From a virus, in IMG/VR virus record IMGVR_UViG_3300020029_000013, positions 1 to 6,058 of that record: DNA of 6,058 nt, one strand, 5' to 3'. This document shows, piece by piece, positions 1-5,199 of this stretch (the first letter of the stretch is position 1; the number at the start of each line of letters is the position of its first letter). The notes under the pieces are model-generated. The model ran no database searches, had not been told where the DNA came from, and worked only from the letters and a program-made list of their open reading frames with translations. A program made the position numbers and the translations under genes.

Positions 1-121
1 CCTTAAGAGACATCGAAACCTTGAAAGACCTAGGGCCAGGATTTGCACGGGTGATGGGATTTTTACTCCTAAGATTTTCCGAATATTGAGGATTCGGAAT
101 TTCAATATCGAAGCGCTTTGA
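1..121. repeat. Terminal direct repeat, copy 1 (self-overlap of a circular genome assembly)
   Basis: Bases 1-121 (ccttaagagacatcg...aagcgctttga) are identical base for base to 5938-6058. The repeat lies inside an uninterrupted minus-strand reading frame. It is therefore redundancy from linearising a 5937-nt circle, not a biological LTR/ITR. Confidence 0.95.
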
Positions 122-1036
122 CCAATTACGTTCAAGTTCATTGGCGGTATCGAGGTTATTTAGACGCAAAGATTCTATAATCTCACCAGCTTGCTCACCA
201 AGGACTTGATTAAGAGCAGCCTGAGTATTCATCATAAAGGCCTGAGCAGACATAACATCACCTAAATGCTCGTTCTCAATACCCAAACGTTTAACCTCCG
301 CAGCAGTTAAAGCAGCTTGATTCTTTTTTTCATCAATAGTGCTCAAAAGAGTAGCATCAGAGATAAAAAGCGCATTCTTTTCAAGGCTTTCCTGTACCTT
401 AAGAACATCAGTAACAGCTAAATTATGTTTAGCAGCAGCCTCATCTAGAGCTACGCGAGTTTGAGCCATAAGAGTATAAAGCTGATGGCCAACGTTTTGG
501 TCGCTAATCGATTGAGCCTCGGCATTGTCGCGATTAGCAGCAGCCTTATTACGCTCAATGGTTGAATTGACTCCCATGGCATCAAGAGCAGTTCCAGCAG
601 CAGCAGAACCGACACCAGGAGGCAGCGGGCTCGAGAAATCAAAAGCTCCACCAGAAGGACCAGAAGCGCCTATAGAGCCGGCAGAGCCTCCAGACATGGT
701 AGCATTGACACCAACACCCGAAGAACCAAGAACGGCAGCGGGCGTAACACCAGCCTTGAGAAAACGGTCGAAAACCTTCGAAGGGTCGTTGTAGGCATTC
801 TCATAGTCAAACTGCTTTTGCCAGTTAGCGTAGTTAATCTCACCCTGCTTCTGCATCTGCTCCAACGCATACTGCTGCTGAAGCTTCATTTGTTTTTGCT
901 GATACTTCCATTGTCTCTTAAGGGATGGCTTAAAAAGACCAGAAGCAGCCTGACCGCCGGCAGAAAGACCCGCAGCACCGAGTATAGCACCTGTAGAAAC
1001 AGGGTCGACGTAAGACTTGAAATCAATAAGTCTCAT
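1..1036 (-). CDS. DNA pilot / minor capsid protein VP2 (phiX174 gpH functional analogue), 5' part; the ORF continues across the circular junction into 5937..5600 (457 aa in total)
   Basis: The ATG is at 1036-1034, one base after the TAA of the upstream ORF (TAA-T-ATG). I read every minus-strand codon from 1036 down to 2 and found no stop. The nearest in-frame upstream stop is TAG at 1078-1076. Base 1 plus 5937 and 5936 make GAT, which joins in frame to the track ORF 5600..5950 (1036-13=1023, divisible by 3). The product has a Gly/Ala-rich hydrophobic N-terminus (GAILGAAGLSAGGQAASGLF) and a Gln/Lys-rich coiled-coil-like stretch (KRQWKYQQKQMKLQQQYALEQMQKQ). Its block NDPSKVFDRFLKAGVTPAAVLG resembles, from memory, the conserved ..P..Q..R...AGLNP.. 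block of gokusho/alpavirus VP2. The C-terminal tail is Gly/Ser-rich. The gene lies downstream of the capsid gene, as in other Microviridae. Confidence 0.8.
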   Translation of the reverse strand, partial: MRLIDFKSYVDPVSTGAILGAAGLSAGGQAASGLFKPSLKRQWKYQQKQMKLQQQYALEQMQKQGEINYANWQKQFDYENAYNDPSKVFDRFLKAGVTPAAVLGSSGVGVNATMSGGSAGSIGASGPSGGAFDFSSPLPPGVGSAAAGTALDAMGVNSTIERNKAAANRDNAEAQSISDQNVGHQLYTLMAQTRVALDEAAAKHNLAVTDVLKVQESLEKNALFISDATLLSTIDEKKNQAALTAAEVKRLGIENEHLGDVMSAQAFMMNTQAALNQVLGEQAGEIIESLRLNNLDTANELERNWSKRFDIEIPNPQYSENLRSKNPITRANPGPRSFKVSMSLK

Positions 1037-1037
1037 A

Positions 1038-1229
1038 TTACGGAAGCGTAAAATTGTTCGAACGGATAATGTAATCTACGCGAACAGTGTCAATGTGAAC
1101 ACCTGTTCGAGCAACCTTTGCTTGAGCAGAACACGAGGCAAGAAAAAAGGCAGCCAAGGCAGCAACAATAGAAGAAACGAGTGTCCAAAACGCCTTCGAC
1201 TTATAAAATGGTTGTTTAGTATCAGACAT
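1038..1229 (-). CDS. 63-aa predicted lipoprotein (signal peptide II type), function unknown
   Basis: ATG at 1229-1227 and TAA at 1040-1038. The sequence is MSDTKQPFYKSKAFWTLVSSIVAALAAFFLASCSAQ... It has a positively charged n-region (K5, K10, K12), a hydrophobic core of about 18 residues, and a lipobox L-A-S-C with Cys33 (codon 1131-1133). A 30-residue polar tail follows. The ORF overlaps no other gene and sits between a structured spacer and the VP2 start. Confidence 0.6.
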   Translation of the reverse strand: MSDTKQPFYKSKAFWTLVSSIVAALAAFFLASCSAQAKVARTGVHIDTVRVDYIIRSNNFTLP

Positions 1230-1254
1230 AACTTAAAAAATTAAAGAACGATAG

Positions 1255-1332
1255 AAAAATGCGCGGCCTCTCCTGCAGTCGTTACCAATAACCTCTAGCA
1301 ATTCACGAACTCTTGCAAGAGGGGTCCGCGCA
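1255..1332 (-). terminator. GC-clamped long hairpin followed by a T5 run on the coding strand; candidate intrinsic terminator and/or ssDNA complementary-strand origin
   Basis: TGCGCGG (1260-1266) pairs perfectly with CCGCGCA (1326-1332). After a 1-nt bulge (t1325), pairing extends imperfectly through 1267-1277 with 1314-1324. A perfect 12-bp palindrome CTCTTGCAAGAG (1310-1321) is nested inside. On the minus strand the clamp is followed by TTTTT (1259-1255). The element lies in the largest noncoding gap of the genome (1230-1362). Confidence 0.45.
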
Positions 1333-1362
1333 CGTAGCATATATCGTCAAGTAAAGGATATA

Positions 1363-1659
1363 CTATTTTTCTTCAGAGTCAGAGGACGTCGAAGTAGGTT
1401 TTGACTTATCGAGCTGTGAATCAATAAGCTCCTGTCCGACTTCAAGACCATCAAACTTGTCCATGCGAGAGAACGAGTTAGGGTCAAAATCGATATCAGG
1501 ATTAAACTTTTCACCCTTATCAAAGTCAGACGAAGAGACCTCGACGTCAGGACGACCGGGGAGAACGTCGACAGAACCAGAACCATCGAGAACGGAGAGA
1601 ATACGCTGTCCGCGAGAAACATAATCTTCGCGGTCTTCAATCATCCAATCTAGTGCCAT
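1363..1659 (-). CDS. 98-aa highly acidic protein, function unknown (possible scaffolding-type protein)
   Basis: ATG at 1659-1657, 11 nt after the capsid gene stop. The protein has 24 Asp/Glu versus 11 Lys/Arg in 98 residues, and no hydrophobic segment. It lies immediately downstream of the major capsid gene. The competing 97-aa ORF (1347..1640) is in another frame and starts with TTG. Confidence 0.6.
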   Translation of the reverse strand: MALDWMIEDREDYVSRGQRILSVLDGSGSVDVLPGRPDVEVSSSDFDKGEKFNPDIDFDPNSFSRMDKFDGLEVGQELIDSQLDKSKPTSTSSDSEEK

Positions 1660-1670
1660 AAAATGTAATA

Positions 1671-3494
1671 TTAACGGTTAGACAAACGGGTTGCAAAGGT
1701 CTTGTTGATAAGATTCTTCTTCTGAACAGAATAAGCCATATTCACGAAAAAATTATCTTCTACATCAGAAGCGAAAGGAGAATTAACCTGCGACATATCA
1801 ACAAAAAGGGCAGGCGCATAATCAGCCTTTGAAGGCCAATAGGAACTCCAGTGTAATTGACGCTGCTGCACCCAATAGGCATAAAGAGAACGACCTTTAA
1901 CGTCTCCTGCGGTACTAGAAATTTGGCCCAGAACTTCGTCATAAGAGGCCCGAAACTCATTAAAGCAGGGCTCTTGCGAAAAAGTAGTCTCAACTACGCC
2001 ACCAACAAGATTCCCGAACCGCCAATTAGGTACGCTCTGATATCCTATATCATTGTAGATTGGATTGAAATAATCCGAGCCTCGATAATTCAAATAGTCA
2101 GGTTTAATCTGCGACCAATAATAAACAGGTCGGATACTTAGCATATCAATCAAATAACCGGGTTCACGGAAATAGTAAGACTGCCGGCGACCAAGGCGGT
2201 CGTTAAAAGCGATAGCGCCACCTTGCTGACCAAGCGGACCGGTGTTTGACGAATTGGCAAAATTATTCGGCCCGGATTGATTCATAATAATCTGTACATT
2301 AACAGTTTGCGAGGCGCTAAAAAGCAGCTTAGGTCGATCTACGTGCTCAATTTTGGAGGCAAAAAAAGTCTCCAGCCAGTCACTATAACGAGAACCGCCA
2401 GCACCAAGAAGGTCCTTATATTCCTGTAGACGCGAAGCAATGGCCAATTGAGGAATAGTCTGAACGCCAGTCATTGAAACGGCGGAACTACTGCCAAGAG
2501 GAAGAAGCCGACTAAATCGGTCCGGATTGGCCGGGACGACGGCCATAGGATGGGCAAGATTAAAAATAATAGGCTCAGCAAGACCCTTTGTGTTATCAAG
2601 CGAACTATACTGGTCGAGAGGAGCCTTATCACCCCAAATCTGAAGCGAGGTCGGTTGAGCTGCGACCGGATAGCCATCACCGGCAGCACCGGCAGCAGCA
2701 CCGGAAGAAGCAACATCAGACGCGATAATCTGCCGAAGCAAAGCAGAACGACAATAGGTATTATTAGAAGACGCTACAGCTGCAGGATAAAACTGACTCT
2801 CAAAATAAGCATCGAGAAATTCAAGATTACCATAACGTTGAGTGAAAAACGAATCCGAAGCACTCGTGTTAAATTTGTAGGTGCCATTGGTGGCGGTAGA
2901 GCGACCCGTTACAGTATAATACCAAGATGCGGGCCAAGCAAAGGAGTAAAGCCCCCACTGCGAATAAGAATAGTAGTTTCGGACAATATCCCAATAAGCA
3001 AGATACGTATCAGCGTTAGCCCAAACGCCTCCAACAATACCCGAAGGAAGCACAACACCAGAAGTTGAAGCGGGCGTAGTGAAATCAACAGAACGGTTAG
3101 ACACACGCAGCCAATACATAAGCGAATTAGAAAAAGTCGCAGTAACCGAAGGCGTCGCACCGGACGAAGGAAGTCCGGGGACCGCATTAATCCAATTCAA
3201 GGAGAGGTTATTCATATCGAATTTACTACTATTCGTACGCAGCTCAGGGTGATAAAGCTGCAGCGGCACCCAAAAACGATGCAAACGAATGGTGTAGGGG
3301 TTAAACGTCGGAACAGCAAGAGGATTGCTACGAACGTCGATACCCTGCTCAATAGAAACACGGTCACGAGAATTAATAAAATCAATCCGCACCGGATATA
3401 AAATACCCGGTGTGCACGTAAAAGCTTTACTCTCAGGAACATCATAGCGAGAGTAACCATTTACGACGTGTGAGATAAAAGGTTGTTTTCCCAT
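1671..3494 (-). CDS. Microviridae major capsid protein VP1 (phiX174 gpF family jelly-roll)
   Basis: 607-aa ORF with ATG at 3494-3492 and TAA at 1673-1671. Several blocks align, from memory, with phiX174 gpF. TIRLHRFWVPLQLY matches DIFTFYVPHRHVY. GGSRYSDWLETFFASKIEHVDRPKLLFSAS matches MQRYHDVISSFGGKTSYDADNRPLLVMRSN. YYFREPGYLIDMLSIRPVYY matches RFFVPEHGTMFTLALVRFPP. The size is typical of non-phiX microviruses. Confidence 0.95.
   Translation of the reverse strand: MGKQPFISHVVNGYSRYDVPESKAFTCTPGILYPVRIDFINSRDRVSIEQGIDVRSNPLAVPTFNPYTIRLHRFWVPLQLYHPELRTNSSKFDMNNLSLNWINAVPGLPSSGATPSVTATFSNSLMYWLRVSNRSVDFTTPASTSGVVLPSGIVGGVWANADTYLAYWDIVRNYYSYSQWGLYSFAWPASWYYTVTGRSTATNGTYKFNTSASDSFFTQRYGNLEFLDAYFESQFYPAAVASSNNTYCRSALLRQIIASDVASSGAAAGAAGDGYPVAAQPTSLQIWGDKAPLDQYSSLDNTKGLAEPIIFNLAHPMAVVPANPDRFSRLLPLGSSSAVSMTGVQTIPQLAIASRLQEYKDLLGAGGSRYSDWLETFFASKIEHVDRPKLLFSASQTVNVQIIMNQSGPNNFANSSNTGPLGQQGGAIAFNDRLGRRQSYYFREPGYLIDMLSIRPVYYWSQIKPDYLNYRGSDYFNPIYNDIGYQSVPNWRFGNLVGGVVETTFSQEPCFNEFRASYDEVLGQISSTAGDVKGRSLYAYWVQQRQLHWSSYWPSKADYAPALFVDMSQVNSPFASDVEDNFFVNMAYSVQKKNLINKTFATRLSNR
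2678..2695. repeat. Perfect tandem 9-nt (3-codon) duplication inside the capsid gene
   Basis: caccggcag occurs at 2678-2686 and again at 2687-2695. A degenerate third unit, cag+caccgg, follows at 2696-2704. On the minus strand this encodes the AAG-AAG part of the low-complexity segment SSGAAAGAAGDG. Confidence 0.8.
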
Positions 3495-3497
3495 AAA

Positions 3498-4568
3498 TTA
3501 AATAATTAGTTGAAGTTTATAATGGTCTCTCCAAAACTGAAGAATATCCAAATCTAGCCAAGTAGGGGGGTCGAAATCGGGCATCTGGCGAGAAGAGGCG
3601 GAAAAACGCATCAATTGCTTTTGCTCCCACGTATACGTCTCTCTACGGGATACGGAGGAATTGAGACCGAACCGATCAACACACAAAGACACGATACGCT
3701 TAACCAGAGAAGACTTGCTAAAACGTGCATAACTATCAGCAGCGGTAACCGAACGCATAACTTCATCTTCCGGTTTAAGATAACGAGAATAGTATCGAGG
3801 AATCGAGTAGTTATAATTGATACGCTTCTCAAAGTCAAAATAAGACCACGTCGAAGTACGGGCAGAAGGGCGAGGCATATAACCAAGAAAATCACCAACG
3901 CCAGCAGATACGAATTTTCGCGTATAACGGCGATGTTGGAGGAGGCAAGATAAAGATGTAAGGTTTCCATCTACAGTAACATATTTATCCGAAATTTCTT
4001 CGGGGTTAAATTGAATTTGTTTAGTAACATACTTTACGCAATAACGAGCACGCTTATGGGTAGCCTTTGCCAGCCACACAAAACCAAGGTCTCGAACGGC
4101 AGCGCGAATAGTATTATAGAGAACATTTGTGCCAAAGAGAAAGCCGTGAAAATGCAATCGAGGTTCATTTCCTATTTCGGGATGTGTACCAAACTCCTGA
4201 AAGAAAGCGTGCTTAAACGAATGACCGAGTTTATGTCGCAAACGTTCATTGAAGCGACGAATGAATCGAGAAGGATCGAGAAGGGCTTCATTATAATAAC
4301 TCGGAGCAATCGTTATAGTAATAAAAACAGCCTGCTGGTTATTAGCCTTGCAATAGGTAAGCTCACGCTCTAGGCGGACAAACCAATCATTACGCTGACG
4401 ACGCAGGCAGTCTTCACACTTTCCGCACGGGACCATCAGCCACTGACGAGCGATATCCCAGGGTCGAATAGCCAAAGCAGATTTAGCAACATCAGAACCT
4501 TCGCGACAAGGATTCTTCTTATCGAAATAACGACGATTTCGTATCCATATGGGGGAAGAGCAGGCCAT
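3498..4568 (-). CDS. Rolling-circle replication initiator VP4 (HUH endonuclease, phiX174 gpA-like)
   Basis: The HUH motifs appear in canonical order. Motif 1 is VFITITI. Motif 2 is RLHFHGFLF, with the HFH codons at 4146-4154. Motif 3 is YCVKYVTK, with two Tyr one helical turn apart (4029-4043), as in gpA. An N-terminal Cys cluster, PCGKCEDC, is also present. The track start at 4589 is a TTG. The first ATG (4568-4566) gives MACSSPIW... (356 aa) and overlaps the upstream stop as TAATG, so I place the start there. The stop is TAA at 3500-3498, 3 nt before the capsid ATG. Confidence 0.93.
   Translation of the reverse strand: MACSSPIWIRNRRYFDKKNPCREGSDVAKSALAIRPWDIARQWLMVPCGKCEDCLRRQRNDWFVRLERELTYCKANNQQAVFITITIAPSYYNEALLDPSRFIRRFNERLRHKLGHSFKHAFFQEFGTHPEIGNEPRLHFHGFLFGTNVLYNTIRAAVRDLGFVWLAKATHKRARYCVKYVTKQIQFNPEEISDKYVTVDGNLTSLSCLLQHRRYTRKFVSAGVGDFLGYMPRPSARTSTWSYFDFEKRINYNYSIPRYYSRYLKPEDEVMRSVTAADSYARFSKSSLVKRIVSLCVDRFGLNSSVSRRETYTWEQKQLMRFSASSRQMPDFDPPTWLDLDILQFWRDHYKLQLII
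3549..3556 (-). promoter_or_regulatory. TAnnTTTG box (Bacteroides-type -7 promoter element), candidate capsid-gene promoter
   Basis: Plus-strand caaatcta is TAGATTTG on the minus strand. It lies 54 nt upstream of the VP1 ATG, inside the 3' end of the Rep gene. A TTTC sits 16 nt further upstream as a weak -33 candidate. This is a motif match only. Confidence 0.25.
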
Positions 4569-4858
4569 TAAAAAAGACTTTTTAGGCAATCAAACTTAAT
4601 ATAAGGGTTAGTGCGACGACAACGAGCAAGATAGTCATTCGCGGGACTTTCGTCAACAAACCAAGCGATAGGAACTCGCTTTTTACCACGATATGCGCCA
4701 ACAGAATAACGATGAGGAACGCTATCAACAATAGGGGAAAATCTAGGTCTAAAATCGAAATAATCCATAATTTGAAAATATTGCTCTACACTTAAAGAAA
4801 AAGCCTGCGAGAGACTTTTCTCCCGCAGGACTACCGAGTTAAAGAACTCTTCCACCAA
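4568..4858 (-). CDS. Hypothetical protein, 66-96 aa depending on start
   Basis: The frame is open from TTG at 4858 (GTG at 4855) to TAA at 4570-4568. The first ATG is at 4768-4766 (MDYFDFRPRFSPIV..., 66 aa). The stop overlaps the Rep ATG (TAATG), which suggests translational coupling. A terminator-like hairpin at 4804-4829 lies in the non-ATG extension and favours the short form. I recognise no family. Confidence 0.5.
   Translation of the reverse strand: MVEEFFNSVVLREKSLSQAFSLSVEQYFQIMDYFDFRPRFSPIVDSVPHRYSVGAYRGKKRVPIAWFVDESPANDYLARCRRTNPYIKFDCLKSLF
4591..4598 (-). promoter_or_regulatory. TAnnTTTG box, candidate Rep promoter
   Basis: Plus-strand caaactta is TAAGTTTG on the minus strand. It lies 22 nt upstream of the Rep ATG at 4568. 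This is a motif match only. Confidence 0.25.
4791..4829 (-). terminator. Intrinsic-terminator-like hairpin on the coding strand
   Basis: On the minus strand the sequence is CCUGCGGGAGA-AAAG-UCUCUCGCAGG. This is an 11-bp stem at 4804-4814 with 4819-4829, made of ten Watson-Crick pairs plus one G:U, closed by a tetraloop. CUUUUUCUUUAAG (4803-4791) follows directly. On the plus strand the G:U position becomes an A:C mismatch, so the structure is better in the coding sense. It lies 47 nt after the stop of the 107-aa ORF. Confidence 0.55.
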
Positions 4859-4875
4859 GCGGGCGGGTAACTACC

Positions 4876-5199
4876 TTAGTTCCCCTTCCCTTCTTCTTTC
4901 GACGAGCTTTCATCGTGAGTTAGATTAGTACTAAACATAAGAATGAGCGTATTATCGAAATAATCGACCGAGAAATCCGGGTAAGCAACCAGAGCCTCTA
5001 CAAGACTAGAAATACGACAATGGTCAATATAAGGCGAGTCAGCAATACTAGAGTGCTCTACGTGGTCAGAAATAGGCGTATGAACAAGATTGTCAAGATG
5101 AAGCGCTTCAAATTGCCCATCTTTAATGTAGCCTACTTGTACTAAATCAATCTTAAGAGCCGGATTAATACGGCGAATAACGATGTGAACCTGTGTCAT
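4876..5199 (-). CDS. Hypothetical protein, 107 aa
   Basis: ATG at 5199-5197 and TAA at 4878-4876. It is in the same orientation as its neighbours and tightly spaced (a 23-nt gap upstream). It is acidic and His-rich, with a polar tail SSSKEEGKGN. I recognise no motif. Confidence 0.6.
   Translation of the reverse strand: MTQVHIVIRRINPALKIDLVQVGYIKDGQFEALHLDNLVHTPISDHVEHSSIADSPYIDHCRISSLVEALVAYPDFSVDYFDNTLILMFSTNLTHDESSSKEEGKGN

Noticed and set aside
77-112. An 8-bp hairpin TTCCGAAT-ATTGAGG-ATTCGGAA (77-99) lies next to TTCGATATTGAAATT on the minus strand, which partly resembles the phiX174 origin core (CTTGATATTAATAAC)
   Set aside because: One 8-bp inverted repeat with a short loop is about what chance predicts in 6 kb. 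The similarity to the origin is only 8 of 12 positions. The site lies in the middle of VP2 coding sequence. That it is in the terminal overlap is an arbitrary result of assembly, so there is not enough to call an origin.
1-121. Terminal direct repeats as LTR-like ends of a mobile element
   Set aside because: The repeat is internal to the VP2 reading frame, which continues in frame across the junction. There is no integrase or transposase and there are no target-site features. It is an assembly self-overlap of a circular genome.
431-604. Repeated agcagcagc trinucleotide runs (431-439, 536-544, 596-604)
   Set aside because: They are simply Ala-Ala-Ala codons (GCT)3 in the Ala/Gly-rich VP2 protein. 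They are short, dispersed, and not a tandem array or CRISPR-like structure.
525-1244. Other plus-strand ORFs (525..794, 1017..1244, 5751..5933) and off-frame minus ORFs inside VP2, VP1 and the accessory genes (451..651, 670..870, 1760..1993, 2471..2716, 2909..3187, 3212..3460, 5219..5473, 5539..5763)
   Set aside because: Each is fully embedded in a longer ORF with recognisable function or better context. At least one starts with a non-ATG codon (5763 is GTG). The products are Leu/Pro/Arg-rich, as expected for off-frame reads of a T-rich coding strand. There is no independent support.
1260-1332. The 73-nt element with a 7-bp terminal stem looked like a possible tRNA
   Set aside because: I tried cloverleaf numbering on both strands. 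There is no D-arm with a loop of usable size, and no T-arm with a TTC-type loop at the right position. The only GTTCG lies near the 5' side on the minus strand. The internal 12-bp palindrome cannot form a T-arm. It is better described as a long hairpin.
1347-1640. 97-aa ORF overlapping the 98-aa acidic ORF in another frame
   Set aside because: It starts with TTG (caa at 1638-1640) rather than ATG and is Leu/Ser-rich. It would leave a larger gap after the capsid gene. The ATG-initiated 98-aa frame at 1659 is the better model.
1665-1673. The minus strand reads TAATATTAC, the exact nonanucleotide nick site of geminivirus/circovirus-type Rep origins, spanning the VP1 stop codon
   Set aside because: No flanking stem would present it in a loop; the best is a 4-bp TCTA/TAGA pair with a ~29-nt loop. 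The sequence is an AT-rich 9-mer in an AT-rich junction. Microvirus gpA-type Reps are not known to use this motif. It is probably chance, though it would be cheap to include in a Rep nicking assay.
2550-3068. Long plus-strand ORFs opposite the capsid and Rep genes: 172 aa at 2550..3068, 94 aa at 1857..2141, 112 aa at 3615..3953, 120 aa at 4011..4373, and 77 aa at 818..1051 opposite VP2
   Set aside because: All are in exact codon register with the minus-strand gene. In that register a plus-strand stop can occur only where the real gene uses a TTA, CTA or TCA codon, so long open antisense frames follow passively from codon usage. Their translations are Arg/Ile/Ser/Thr-rich low-complexity sequence. 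Microviridae are known to transcribe only virion-sense mRNA.
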